DNA from: Candidatus Bathyarchaeia archaeon
GTDB lineage: Archaea > Thermoproteota > Bathyarchaeia > Bathyarchaeales > Bathycorpusculaceae
DNA: 64,000 nt
NCBI GenBank assembly: GCA_049512075.1
Contig: JBEKXL010000001.1
Coordinates: 224,001-288,000 of the forward strand
Reading direction: 5' to 3'
This document shows, piece after piece, positions 19,874-30,667 of this stretch (the first letter of the stretch is position 1; each line of letters begins with the position of its first letter). Under the pieces are notes generated by a model that saw only the letters and a list, made by a program, of their open reading frames with translations, was not told where the DNA came from and did not search any database. The position numbers and the translations under genes are program-made.

Positions 19874-20845
19874 CTAAGGGCTAAGTTTTTTATAGTATTC
19901 GGGCGTTGATAACACTCGGAGTGGAATCTTTGGAACGTGCTCTCTGGCAAGCTTTGTCCCAAGAAAATTCACGACTTCCTCGATTTCCATCTTGCCTCTG
20001 TAACCCAAAGTTTGAAGAAAACCGAAGTTTCTCTCGATTGATCGATTTTCCCCATCCATCAGGGCTTGCAGAATCGCATTAACGTAGAAAGTCTCAGGGT
20101 CTGAAGCGATCTCCTTAACCATGCCATCGAAATACACGGACTTGGTGCCGATGTGTTCTGTGAGAAAAGTATAGGAAGAGTCGCGTTTTGAGAAGTGGGC
20201 TTTGGGAAAGTAGTGCTCTGCAATCGTTTCGTACAACCATCCCCTAGTTGCTTTCGCTATGACTGACGACCCAGCATGCACAGCACGAGCAGTATAACCA
20301 TAGGGTATGCCAGAATATATTGCGTCTATCGCATGTTTTTCGAGAGTTTTGATATCGTCAGGGTCATTGATCAAAATGCCTTTTTCGTTCTCGTCATATA
20401 CTTCTGATTTTGAAAGGTCGAATGAACCAGAAAGCGCCAAGTCGTTGGTCAGAATGAGCGTTGAATGAAGGTCGCGGGCGAAGAAAACTCTGCAACCAAC
20501 CTCATCCAGAAAGTCGATAAGATGAAAGGCTATTTGCGAGTATTCTCGACCTCTGTATTTTTCATCTTTTAGAGGGTCATTTGTTACGATGTTGATTTCT
20601 GCCCCAAAAACAAGTTTTACAAGCAGCATTGCATATGCAAGATTTATTGAAAATATCCCACAGTCTAACCCAAACCACGATTCATCCAAACCAAGAACAT
20701 CAGCATCGATCGTCAGTTGTACATCACTAATCCACGGGCTCAAAACATAGATTTTTGGAAATTCGCACAGTCTTTGCCGATACCCAGAAAAAATCTGGAA
20801 CATTTCAGCTCGAATCCTGTCGTTCGGAATAGTCTTGGTCGTCAT
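19874..20845 (-). CDS. PLD-fold (DpdK-like) protein with degenerate HKD motif
   Basis: LSPWISD; LHSTLILTNDLALSGSFDL in place of HxK...GSxN. Confidence 0.6.
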   Translation of the reverse strand: MTTKTIPNDRIRAEMFQIFSGYRQRLCEFPKIYVLSPWISDVQLTIDADVLGLDESWFGLDCGIFSINLAYAMLLVKLVFGAEINIVTNDPLKDEKYRGREYSQIAFHLIDFLDEVGCRVFFARDLHSTLILTNDLALSGSFDLSKSEVYDENEKGILINDPDDIKTLEKHAIDAIYSGIPYGYTARAVHAGSSVIAKATRGWLYETIAEHYFPKAHFSKRDSSYTFLTEHIGTKSVYFDGMVKEIASDPETFYVNAILQALMDGENRSIERNFGFLQTLGYRGKMEIEEVVNFLGTKLAREHVPKIPLRVLSTPEYYKKLSP

Positions 20846-21018
20846 GGCTTGTCAAATCAACTGACACCGTATGATTCCCCATTCATAAAACACTTTGCTT
20901 TCGCGGTCATTCAGAAAACCGTGCGCGCTCGCTCAATACGTTATGTTCTCTCCCGAGTCGTTCCCAATGCCTATAGGAAAACCGATGGATCTACATGGTG
21001 TTGGGTGTTAGTCTCTGG

Positions 21019-21122
21019 GGATTAGAACCCAAACGGGGTCAAGTCCCATAGCCTAGCGCGGGCCTGGTTACAAAACTCACTTTTGCAAAGCCGAGAGTTC
21101 GAATACCTCGCGAGGGCTGTCA
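21019..21122 (+). repeat. 28-bp palindrome copy 4 plus downstream T-arm motif (homolog of 11194-11309)
   Basis: GGATTAGAACC-CAAACG-GGGTCAAGTCC at 21019-21046; CAAAGCCGAGAGTTCGAAT at 21086-21104 is identical to 11275-11293. Confidence 0.85.
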
Positions 21123-21315
21123 GAGTACAAATTCTGATCCCGCTTTGTGTCGTGAGGGATAACCATGAACGACTTCGAGAATTTTCAACCTACATGGCTT
21201 CTGCAATTCAGATAATCATTATACATGAGTTCAAGACCCTGCCTTAATTGTATTTGGCATCTATTCTAGCGCAGTCACCCACATATCGCGTGACAACATA
21301 TTTGAGAGCTTCAGG

Positions 21316-21627
21316 GTGGAGGATCACAGTTATACTCCTGAAGATAGTAAGATTGATGACCTTGCCGCGCAATTTTATGATACTATAGCTTGGATGCGAG
21401 GGCTTGGTCCACGCAAATTCGTTTCCCAAGCTTATCCCTCGATCACTTTACTTATCAGAATGGTAAGAAATTGCCAAGAGCATGTTAGAAAGAAACCTGT
21501 TGATCACATTACGCATAAAAATTCCTTCGGGAATGTATACACAATATCAAGTATTATGATACTTGCTATCTATGCTTACCTGGAGATCCTACAGGTTTGG
21601 ACCTACACTTTGAATCTCAATCCCTGA
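21316..21627 (+). CDS. Hypothetical protein or C-terminal gene fragment
   Basis: 103-aa ORF with VRNCQEH (possible HEPN-like motif). Confidence 0.35.
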   Translation: MEDHSYTPEDSKIDDLAAQFYDTIAWMRGLGPRKFVSQAYPSITLLIRMVRNCQEHVRKKPVDHITHKNSFGNVYTISSIMILAIYAYLEILQVWTYTLNLNP

Positions 21628-21670
21628 TAGGGAGAGCAAATAGAAGCTACAACAAATCCAGGCGCTGGTC

Positions 21671-21995
21671 TCAAGTCCTCACTTCTTCGATCATCTTCAG
21701 TTTGCCGAAATCATCAGGATTTACGAATATCGTTGGTCGTCCTTCCATTACCGCGCGTTCTTTGAGAACCTTGTCTGAAGTCATTAGGAAGGAATTTGTA
21801 AAATGAGCGAAATCCAAGATGACTTTGTCTTCGTCTTCTGGTGTCTTGGTCTGATAGGCGAAGGGCATGTTATGAAATGTGTTGATAGTAATCGATCCTT
21901 TTTCAGCGATTTTTCTGAGGTTATCGAGTTCTTCTGAGATTGCGCTCTTTTGGCTCGATCCCTTGAATCTGTCCACTATGTCTAATAACCTAAAA
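21671..21995 (-). pseudogene. PIN-domain C-terminal fragment
   Basis: EELDNLRK...EDKVILDFA...LMTSDKVLKERA; no PIN N-terminal DTN motif; 5' boundary approximate. Confidence 0.5.
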
Positions 21996-22031
21996 CGCCG
22001 CCACGCCATTATTGTTAGTCGATGTCGCGCA

Positions 22032-23045
22032 ATGACGGAACGAAAACATAAATACAAACCAATTCCCACGAATACTGATTGGGGAATAGTACTGGGCGAG
22101 AAAACTGAAATAGATTATCTGAAAGAACTAAAAGAGAAGATTAAGCGATCAGGATTCCCCCTTGAAATTGAGGTTCTATCCATTCTAAACTCAGCCCGCC
22201 GTAACCAGAGATTAAAGGGCATGGATTTTTCAGTGGGTTCCTACTATCTGGACAAAGACAAAAACATAGGAAGAGAACTGGACATAAGCGTCAAAATTCC
22301 TGTCAAATACAGAGGGGAGTTCAAAGGCAAGAAAAGTGACTTGATAGGAATATTTCTCCATTTGTTAATACAATGCAAGAAGGTGCCAGGAAATGCCTGG
22401 GTTTTCTTCAAAACTCCTCAAGAGTTAGTTCCTGTGCCACAATGCACGAGCGTTTTAGACTCTTTGGAATGGATCCCTCGTTCGAATACTGCATTTGCGT
22501 ACCTTCCCGACCTTCACTATAGAAAGACAGTGAACGCAACTGCACGTGATGAATATGTGCTCGAAAAAAAGAGATCCAATGGATTAACGGACAACCTTTT
22601 TGATGCGATTATTACTCTGGCAAAAGCTACCAGCTACCAACTGGAAACTAATACTCAAGACCTGATGAGTACGCTGAAAAGATTCAAGAATGTTTCAACT
22701 TATGTTGTCAGCTACATTAGCGTATACTATCCAATAATAATTTTTGATGGCAAAATGTATCTCGCAGAGCCAACCAGCGAGTATGGAGAAATGGAACCAA
22801 CGCCAACTGACCACGTATGTCTCTTCTTCGATTATATCTCTGGAAGTTGCGACATAGACCTCTATGTTGACATTGTACAGAGAGAAGCATTTGGGAAATA
22901 TCTGCAGAACGTCGTTTCTGATGTTGAAACATTCCAGGATGCATTGGAAACCGAAGCAGGTGTTGAGTTTAGGCAGGAGGTAGAAAAGGCTTTGAGTTGG
23001 TACAGAAGCAGGGAAAAGGAGGCTATCAACAATAACATTAGATAG
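22032..23045 (+). CDS. PD-(D/E)xK-like nuclease
   Basis: SGFPLEIEV...YLDKD...RELDI...IQCKK; start uncertain (ORF track starts at 21879). Confidence 0.65.
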   Translation: MTERKHKYKPIPTNTDWGIVLGEKTEIDYLKELKEKIKRSGFPLEIEVLSILNSARRNQRLKGMDFSVGSYYLDKDKNIGRELDISVKIPVKYRGEFKGKKSDLIGIFLHLLIQCKKVPGNAWVFFKTPQELVPVPQCTSVLDSLEWIPRSNTAFAYLPDLHYRKTVNATARDEYVLEKKRSNGLTDNLFDAIITLAKATSYQLETNTQDLMSTLKRFKNVSTYVVSYISVYYPIIIFDGKMYLAEPTSEYGEMEPTPTDHVCLFFDYISGSCDIDLYVDIVQREAFGKYLQNVVSDVETFQDALETEAGVEFRQEVEKALSWYRSREKEAINNNIR

Positions 23046-23282
23046 TGTATCCAAAAAAATCAGGTCAACCTGCGCAAAAACTGATACAAATTAGTTGATT
23101 TAGCAACAGGCGAGCGCGAACTCTATACAAGCCGGCGGGGAACTAAGAATAACGCTAAATTGGGTTACGCTACCAAAGAAGAATTCATACCCGCGGTGCG
23201 TTTCAGGTTGACATGCCCATCAGAAGAGAAGACAAGCAGTGACCCTAAGATACAAAAGCGGAGATAAATTGAAGGGAAACAG

Positions 23283-23960
23283 ATGCCCCTAAAACGCTTG
23301 AGTCCAGCAGATAAAGCTCACATAGAAAGAAAGAGAATCTACAGTAAGATCCGAGATGGCATAACTATTCTTGATTGCACGGTAAAATCTCAAGAGAAAT
23401 GTTCAGAAGGCGAATTTCTGCAACAGTACATCAGAATTCTCAATCGCCAACTGATGGCAAGCGGAAAGTTGCCGGTCGAATGCAAACTCCGTCAGGTACG
23501 AAGCCCTACTGGAGGCATGTCAAGTCTTGACGATTGGCTGAAATATGTATACACCTACACCATTCACATATCTGCACATGGCGATCGTGATGACAAAACG
23601 CGTGAAACATACTTGTGGGCAGGAAATAGCCCATTCAGGTTGAGCAACTTAAAGGGCATTTGGTCGGAATTCAATGAGGAAGAGAGACCCTTGCTTCTCG
23701 TGTTATCAGCCTGTTCGGCAGGTCACTTGGATCTGATCAAAGCCTTTGCTGATGAGGGTTGCAGATACTGCATAGCTCCTGTGTTCGAAACAGACTGGGA
23801 AAAGGCTGCACTGTTTTCAGCGTTATTCTATACATACTTGTTTTATGGCGAACATGCCGAGCCGATGCGTCCGGTTACAGCCTTTAAGAAGGCCAAGACT
23901 CGCCTACCCGAGCTTACTGGATGGTGGAAAATGTTTGACTATGGAAAGGAATTGCCGTGA
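23283..23960 (+). CDS. Stand-alone CHAT/caspase-fold protease-like protein
   Basis: IHISAHG and LVLSACS (His-Cys dyad motifs). Confidence 0.7.
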   Translation: MPLKRLSPADKAHIERKRIYSKIRDGITILDCTVKSQEKCSEGEFLQQYIRILNRQLMASGKLPVECKLRQVRSPTGGMSSLDDWLKYVYTYTIHISAHGDRDDKTRETYLWAGNSPFRLSNLKGIWSEFNEEERPLLLVLSACSAGHLDLIKAFADEGCRYCIAPVFETDWEKAALFSALFYTYLFYGEHAEPMRPVTAFKKAKTRLPELTGWWKMFDYGKELP

Positions 23961-23966
23961 ATAAGT

Positions 23967-24158
23967 CTAAGCTTTGACGTAACCTTTGCCCTTTTTGAGT
24001 TTAAGTGAAAAGCTATGCTTTCCTTCCCTGCTGTAGTCTCTGAAGTCAGTGCCACATTCGCATGAATATGCTTGGACTCTGAATGCGCCATAATTCCATG
24101 ACTTTCTGGGCTTGATCATTTCCTTTCCGCATTTGGGGCATCTGGTCATAAGAGCCAC
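23967..24158 (-). CDS. Small Zn-ribbon protein
   Basis: CPKCG...CECG, directly downstream of hsdS. Confidence 0.65.
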   Translation of the reverse strand: MALMTRCPKCGKEMIKPRKSWNYGAFRVQAYSCECGTDFRDYSREGKHSFSLKLKKGKGYVKA

Positions 24159-24182
24159 AAGATTCTTCTTAGCTAACGATGT

Positions 24183-25385
24183 TTAAAATACTTTGGGAGC
24201 ATTGTTGCTTTGCAGAAGCTCTCCGCTGAAAGCTTTGTCCAATAGACTTGGGACCAGCCCGGCAATGTCTTTCTCAATTTCGGCCTGAATTCGCAAGAGC
24301 TTATCTACTATTTCCTGGAGAGTGTCAAGATAAGAAACGATCTTGCGCTGTTCGGCAACGGGCAATTTTGGCGTTGGGAGCTTTGCGAGGATCTTGAGAT
24401 TAATGTTTTTCTGCGCGAATTCTGGAGCAACCCTTTCAAGATACATTCGCAGATACAGAAGATAATGGTAAAGATATTCACTGTCAATGCCTTCTTTTGG
24501 CGTTATTGCTACTATACTGTCAGGTACACAGCAATCAAAATCCAAGATCCCCACGGCGCCAATAGTTGCAGCTATGCTTATCAGCAGTGTCCCCTTTGGA
24601 AATTTCCGACTTATAGCTAATCCATCATCGTTTAGAGTTTGACTATACGCTGTGATGAATTTGTTTGAGGCTTCAATTTCGCCGATTTGGATCCAAGGAT
24701 GCTTTCCACCGAAAAAGCGCTTTTCGTTGCGGGGTCGATATGAGAACTTGCCGCGCTCAAGACTTGTCAGTTCATCCAAACGAAAGTTGTCGCCCTTCTC
24801 AGCAGCCTGTCTGAACAACTTCCCCCTAGCAGCAGCAACCAGGTTTTCAACCTCCATGGTCACTTTCGTCTTCAACTCCTGCAGCTTTTCGATATCTCCA
24901 ATCAGGCTCTCGACCTTTCTGACAATACGTCTTTGTTCTTCAATGTCTGGGAGTGGAATTTCAATCGAGAGAAGCCTTCTTGGCTTGACTTCAGTCTTTA
25001 TTCCGTTCGGTAGGTGACTTATCAAGATTCGTCGGAAAATATCGCTTCGCATAAAGTACCAAAGGTAAAGCGGATCAGCTTTTTCCGAGTTCACTACATA
25101 TGAAGAAAAATGAATCGTTGCCGCTGCAGTTCTATCACCATTGTATATGGCAATTGCACCTTTTGCCGCGTTAATGCCTGAGACAACCAAGTCTCTAGGT
25201 TCAACTAGAATCATATTTGTTCTTGTTATATTTTGGTCTCTTAGTTCTATCTTGCCGCTACTAAAGCCAATTTTCGCTACGATTGGCATTTCGCCGCTAT
25301 CTATCATCCGTGGATCTGGCTTGCCTTTCCTTTCAGTGAGCACCGTCTCCAGTTTTGCCGTAGGCCAGCTAATTTGCATCTTCAA
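24183..25385 (-). CDS. hsdS: Type I R-M specificity subunit
   Basis: Two TRDs with conserved IPLPDIEEQRRIV / LPVAEQRKIV...LLDKAFSGEL repeats. Confidence 0.93.
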   Translation of the reverse strand: MKMQISWPTAKLETVLTERKGKPDPRMIDSGEMPIVAKIGFSSGKIELRDQNITRTNMILVEPRDLVVSGINAAKGAIAIYNGDRTAAATIHFSSYVVNSEKADPLYLWYFMRSDIFRRILISHLPNGIKTEVKPRRLLSIEIPLPDIEEQRRIVRKVESLIGDIEKLQELKTKVTMEVENLVAAARGKLFRQAAEKGDNFRLDELTSLERGKFSYRPRNEKRFFGGKHPWIQIGEIEASNKFITAYSQTLNDDGLAISRKFPKGTLLISIAATIGAVGILDFDCCVPDSIVAITPKEGIDSEYLYHYLLYLRMYLERVAPEFAQKNINLKILAKLPTPKLPVAEQRKIVSYLDTLQEIVDKLLRIQAEIEKDIAGLVPSLLDKAFSGELLQSNNAPKVF

Positions 25386-26853
25386 CGCCTTTCTCCAAAT
25401 GAGCCCTTATTTGCCCCAACAGCTCAAATACTCTGTTTTCCTTTTCAATAATGCTGGTGACTATCTCTTGTGGTTCTTTATGTTTCTCTGTGTCAGCCTT
25501 CCTTGGATTCTTGACATCTAAATTGCACTCATTTTCTATCAGATCTTTGACCGAGACTTTCCATGCAAACTCATTCTCAACCCTTCTGACCCACCATTCT
25601 TGTAAATCGCGGAAATCCTCGTACCGCAAAGGTTTGCTTTTTGTGTAACATGGGCTTTTCATTTTTTGTCTGCCTGGCGGCAAAGGAAGTTCATAATACC
25701 AGATCTCTTTCGTGGGACCATCCCTTTCAAAAAATAGCAGGTTTGTTTCAACACCGGTATATGGAGCAAACACGCCTTTGGGCAGTCGCACAATGGTATG
25801 AAGGTCGAAGTTTTCGAGTAGTTCCTTTTTAATTCTCTCACCTGCTCCCGAAGCGAAAAGAGTGCCGTTGGGAACAACCATGCCGCATCTTCCACCATTC
25901 TTGAGTTTCCGCATGATAAGTTGAAGGAATAGGAGAGCAGTTTCAGCCGTGCGCATAGCTTCAGGAAAGTTGGTCATTATTCCTCTTTCTTCCTCTCCTC
26001 CAAATGGAGGATTAGTCATTATGACATCGACCCGATCCTTTTCCGTGATTTCGTATAGGGGGGTTCTCAGCGAATTGTCTCTCCTTATGTTGGGCTTCTC
26101 TATGCCATGAAGCAGAAGGTTCATCATGCCCAAGAGATAGGGCATAGGCTTCTTTTCGATTCCAAAGAAGGTATGGTACTGGAGAGTTTCTCGATCTTCT
26201 GCCTTTTTCTGTTGATTTCTCATAAACTCAAAAGATTCGGTCAAAAATCCGCCTGTTCCCAATGCTGGATCAAGTATTTTCTCTCCAATCTGCGGTTCTA
26301 TCTGGTTCACGATGAAGCGAATAACAGGTCTAGGAGTATAGAATTCACCATTAGATCCTGCAGCGTCTCTCATTTCTTTGAGCATAGTTTCGTAAAGATG
26401 TGCCATGGTATGGATGTCATCGCTTGAAGTGAAGTCTATCCCATTGACTAGATTGATAATGTCTCGAAGAAGATATCCCGAACGCATACTGTTATAGATC
26501 TCGCGGAAAACTTCCGCAATCACCGTCCTCTGATCTTTCTCATCCGTGCTAACAAGACCACGCAAATATAGAATCAGCTTGTTGTTGACAAAGTCAATCA
26601 ACTCGTCCCCAGTGCGTCCTTTCTCCTCAGGTGCGGCCCAGTCACGCCAACGGTAGGGCTCTTGAATAGCTTCTCTGTAGTCCGGTTTCAGCATTGCGCG
26701 CTCTTTTTCAAGGTCGTCGAAGGTCTTGAGAAAAAGAATCCAGGAAAGCTGCGGTATGCGGTCAACATCTGTACTTAAGCCGGCGTCTTTTCTCATTATG
26801 TCTCTTGCACGTTTGATAATTGATGATAGGTCTTTTCCATCCATCCTTCTCAC
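25369..26853 (-). CDS. hsdM: Type I R-M N6-adenine methyltransferase
   Basis: GEFYTPR, LDPALGTGGFL, TNPPF. Confidence 0.95.
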   Translation of the reverse strand: MRRMDGKDLSSIIKRARDIMRKDAGLSTDVDRIPQLSWILFLKTFDDLEKERAMLKPDYREAIQEPYRWRDWAAPEEKGRTGDELIDFVNNKLILYLRGLVSTDEKDQRTVIAEVFREIYNSMRSGYLLRDIINLVNGIDFTSSDDIHTMAHLYETMLKEMRDAAGSNGEFYTPRPVIRFIVNQIEPQIGEKILDPALGTGGFLTESFEFMRNQQKKAEDRETLQYHTFFGIEKKPMPYLLGMMNLLLHGIEKPNIRRDNSLRTPLYEITEKDRVDVIMTNPPFGGEEERGIMTNFPEAMRTAETALLFLQLIMRKLKNGGRCGMVVPNGTLFASGAGERIKKELLENFDLHTIVRLPKGVFAPYTGVETNLLFFERDGPTKEIWYYELPLPPGRQKMKSPCYTKSKPLRYEDFRDLQEWWVRRVENEFAWKVSVKDLIENECNLDVKNPRKADTEKHKEPQEIVTSIIEKENRVFELLGQIRAHLEKGVEDAN

Positions 26854-29228
26854 CTAAGGTTCGGAATAGTTAATGGCTCATACAGAAATCTCTGCAAATC
26901 ACTTAAAACCTTACGAAGCTTCTCTATTCCACCAAACAGTTTTGCTATCTCAGAAGGTGAACCTTTCTGCGAAATAGGTGGAATCTGCAGAATGTTTGGG
27001 TCTGTAAGTTGAGTGACGCCGTAATCAGTATACTTCTCAAGCAGCATCATGATTATTTCCCTCGCGTTTGGACTGAACGTTTCAAAGTATCTTTTCTTCC
27101 TGTTCCTTACATAGTCAGCTCTTTCTCGGCGAGTTCTCAGCGGAGCATTGAAGGCCACATTCATTAGGAGATCGAAGGGGTCTGCATCAGGCTGCCCCGT
27201 AACATCCGCTAGTTGTTGGAGTGAGATTCCTCTCTTCTCGAGTTCTTCTATGATATGTTCCCTTTCCTCAGTTTTCGTCCATCTGGCCCTGAGCTCATTC
27301 GCCGATGGATAAAGCTCCCTAACTTTGTCTCTGGTATAATCCGTGAATTTCCAGGTCCTGAGCCTGTGGCCGTCAGGATCCAGTTGGTAAACCACTTCGT
27401 GCGCAATTTCAACTGGAACATCATCAACGTAGAGCTTGCGCGGTTCAACCTCTTCTGGCCCAGCTGCTTCAGGCTCTTCTTCAGCAGGTTCTGTATTATC
27501 TTCAATGACTTCTGGCGGCTTAGTCTGATTGCCCTGTGCATCCATTTCTTCTTGTGTCATGAATTCTGGAAAACCGTCGAAATCAGGATCAGTGAACAGC
27601 CGCGTGGCACCCGCATAATCGATTATTGTGAACCAGAGCTTATCTTTGTCCGGAAAGAGTCTCGTTCCTCTGCCTATGATCTGTTTGAACTGGACCATCG
27701 AGTTGATGGGCTTGAACAATACTACGTTTCTGCAAGTGGGCGCATCAACGCCAGTCGTAAGCATTTGAGAAGTCGTTAAGATGACCGGGGTTTTCTTCTC
27801 AGGATCCTGAAAATCGCCAAGGAATTTGCGTCCATACTTCCCTTCGTCAGAAACCACACGTGCCACATAATGAGGATACTTGACCGTTAAATCATTGTTA
27901 GCATTGTTAAGGGCGAGTCTCATGTCTTCGGCATGCTCTTGATCGACACAGAAGACCATCGTTTTCGCGAATCTGTCCGTCTTCTTTAGGTACTCAGTCA
28001 AATGCTTGGCAACTGCTTCAGTTCGCAAGAGCAGAGACACGACCCTTTCAAAATCCTTGGTCTCATACATGCCATAGGGAACTTCGCGACCGAAGCGGTC
28101 CAGTTGACCCTGATTTGGGACCCAGCCTGCAGCATCAACAGATGGGACTACTCGAATCACTCTATAAGGTGCTAAAAAGCCATCTTCAATGCCTTGTTTA
28201 AGAGAGTAGGTGTAGATGGGGTTGCCAAAGTAGCCATACGTGTCTACGTTGTCATCTCGTTTGGGCGTCGCAGTCATGCCTATTTGATAAGCGGCGTTGA
28301 AATATTCCAGTATCCTTCGCCATTTGCTGTCGTCTCTTGCACTCCCTCTGTGACACTCATCCACTACAATGAGATCGAAATAGTCTGGCGAATACTCTTT
28401 GTAGATAGCCGCACCCTGTTCATTTTCGCCTATCGCCTGGTAAAGCCCAAAGTAGATCTCCCTGCTTTTCACAGATCTCTTCTGTATCTTGTGCAGAGCA
28501 TCGCCAAAAGGAAAGAAAGTCCGATCTTTCGCTTGGTCAGCTAGGATATTCATATCCGCCAGATACAACACCTTTTTGATACGGCCAGTCTTCCACAGCT
28601 TCCAAATTATCTGAAAAGCCACGAAAGTCTTACCCGTACCTGTCGCCATACAAATCAAAATGCGCTTTTTACCTTTGACAACAGCCTCAACCGTTCTGTT
28701 GATAGCGATTTCCTGATAATACCGAGGGCTCATAGCCCCTGTGCCGCGGTAGAAAGGAAACAGAAAATCCCGAATGTCCTTTTCTTCAGTCAGTCCAATC
28801 TTCTTCTCAAGTCTAGCCCACAGTTCTTCAGGAGAAGGAAAATCATCCAGAATGTTCTGCTTGCCCGTGGTGTAATCGTGTTCGACAGCGGCATGACCAT
28901 TTGTCGAGTATGCAAACTTGAGTCCCAAGATCTCGGCATAGTCCATAGCCTGCTGCAAACCGTCTCCGGGCTTCTTGAAAGCAGCCTTTGCCTCAATCAC
29001 TGCAATCGTGAAATCCGGCCTGTATCGCAGAATATAGTCAGCCTTCTTTCCCGGCTTTCTGAAATGCTTTTCACCAGTTGTGACGATACGGCCATCAGTG
29101 AAGTATTTTTGCTCGATTATCTGTTCATCAGACCAGCCAGCACTATGTAGTTTAGGAACCACATACTTGCGACAAGTATCAGCCTCAGTCACAGATGCCC
29201 TGCCTCTTACAACTAATCGAAAGTTCAA
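26850..29228 (-). CDS. hsdR: Type I R-M restriction subunit (EcoEI/EcoAI-like)
   Basis: IEAK, ATGTGKT, DECHRG, TATP, QIIGRGTR; likely start at GTG 29192. Confidence 0.95.
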   Translation of the reverse strand: MNFRLVVRGRASVTEADTCRKYVVPKLHSAGWSDEQIIEQKYFTDGRIVTTGEKHFRKPGKKADYILRYRPDFTIAVIEAKAAFKKPGDGLQQAMDYAEILGLKFAYSTNGHAAVEHDYTTGKQNILDDFPSPEELWARLEKKIGLTEEKDIRDFLFPFYRGTGAMSPRYYQEIAINRTVEAVVKGKKRILICMATGTGKTFVAFQIIWKLWKTGRIKKVLYLADMNILADQAKDRTFFPFGDALHKIQKRSVKSREIYFGLYQAIGENEQGAAIYKEYSPDYFDLIVVDECHRGSARDDSKWRRILEYFNAAYQIGMTATPKRDDNVDTYGYFGNPIYTYSLKQGIEDGFLAPYRVIRVVPSVDAAGWVPNQGQLDRFGREVPYGMYETKDFERVVSLLLRTEAVAKHLTEYLKKTDRFAKTMVFCVDQEHAEDMRLALNNANNDLTVKYPHYVARVVSDEGKYGRKFLGDFQDPEKKTPVILTTSQMLTTGVDAPTCRNVVLFKPINSMVQFKQIIGRGTRLFPDKDKLWFTIIDYAGATRLFTDPDFDGFPEFMTQEEMDAQGNQTKPPEVIEDNTEPAEEEPEAAGPEEVEPRKLYVDDVPVEIAHEVVYQLDPDGHRLRTWKFTDYTRDKVRELYPSANELRARWTKTEEREHIIEELEKRGISLQQLADVTGQPDADPFDLLMNVAFNAPLRTRRERADYVRNRKKRYFETFSPNAREIIMMLLEKYTDYGVTQLTDPNILQIPPISQKGSPSEIAKLFGGIEKLRKVLSDLQRFLYEPLTIPNLR

Positions 29229-29525
29229 GTGTTAAATACTTTTCACATTCATGGAGCCACTGACGCGAATTTGTTACACGATAATCCCGCCGAATGTGCC
29301 TATGCCTGTTGACTGGTGTGTTTATTGTCAACAGCTATCAGAAGAGTGTCGCTTTGTCTGATCCCTATGTAGTCAACGATTTCTTTAGGAATTGTCATTC
29401 TGACAGAGTTACCCCCTCCTCAGTTTCTGTCCAAAGTGCAGAAGGGCAAGAGGTAGACATGAAACTGTTACCTGGACACTGGTGGGTCTCAAAGATTATA
29501 ATAATCCTTAGAGAGACATTATGCT

Positions 29526-30485
29526 ATGAGCTCACATTTGGTTGAGCTACTCATAACCAAAGGTTATGGGTTAGCCGACGAAGACTTTGACGAAATAATA
29601 AGAATGGATAGACTAAAGGACATCAGCCAGAATTTTGCTGAGTCTATTCATAAGATACAAGAGAGTTTTCATTGTAAGGCTAGGATTAGAGTCGTTGAGT
29701 TTGATGAGCTATCCGGAGTTGATTTTGGTTCCAATTCTTCGTACAACACAGCTATTTTCGTAGGGAGGCATATTTTCTATAATTCCATAAGCTCAAACAA
29801 GAATTGCTGCGTCGTTTTTTTCTATGCGGGTGTTGTTGAGAAACTAAAGGCTCTGTTTAAGGATCGTATATTACCTCATGAGTTCGCGCATCATTATCAA
29901 TTCGCCTATGGAGACTTTCCCTGCATGTTAGGAAAGGGAGTTCCAGAGAACCTTTTTCCACAGTTTGCAAAATCAAACCCTATAGGTCCAGAATCAGGCC
30001 AGGTATACATTGACAATTTGTTGGTAAAAGACTGCAGGCTCTCTTTGTTCAAAGACCTTACAGAAAGAATCAGTGACACTATTTGTGAAGGAATGCTACG
30101 TGAGAGGGGGTTTTGCCAAGGCATTCTCGAGCAATATCGCACTGATAGGAACATCGATCCTGGAAGGGGTCTTCCTCCAAGTCAACAGCCTGCAATTCGT
30201 TATTTTAGAAGACTGAGTCTTTGGGATGTCGCTGAATGGCATGCAATATTACGGCTTGTGTATCCAAATGACCAGGCTGTCAAAAGCATGTCATCTCAAG
30301 ATAGGAGATTTGCGATACGTTTAAACAAGGAATTTGATAGGGCCAAAAATGCCTTCAAAGCGGTCTATGATCTATGTCTGAAAACCGACTACAATACATT
30401 CAAAGAAGTAAAGAATTGCATTGATTATATGAAAGAAATCATGCGGTTTCTGAACATAGAATTACGAACAGATCAGATTTGGTAA
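29526..30485 (+). CDS. Hypothetical protein with HExxH motif
   Basis: LPHEFAHH...TE; 319-aa open frame. Confidence 0.6.
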   Translation: MSSHLVELLITKGYGLADEDFDEIIRMDRLKDISQNFAESIHKIQESFHCKARIRVVEFDELSGVDFGSNSSYNTAIFVGRHIFYNSISSNKNCCVVFFYAGVVEKLKALFKDRILPHEFAHHYQFAYGDFPCMLGKGVPENLFPQFAKSNPIGPESGQVYIDNLLVKDCRLSLFKDLTERISDTICEGMLRERGFCQGILEQYRTDRNIDPGRGLPPSQQPAIRYFRRLSLWDVAEWHAILRLVYPNDQAVKSMSSQDRRFAIRLNKEFDRAKNAFKAVYDLCLKTDYNTFKEVKNCIDYMKEIMRFLNIELRTDQIW

Positions 30486-30667
30486 AGTAGAGCCGCACTA
30501 TCCGTTTTTCTCTTCGTTGAGCCATTCGGGAACTATGACTGCGCGAATCAATTCCTGAACGGTAGAACAAGCAACTGCAAATAATGGTTAACAGTCTTGT
30601 CCGCGCGCGCTGCTTCGTTTTTTAGTTTCTTCTAATATCTGGACGGATAGTCCTTCCAAACTTGACT

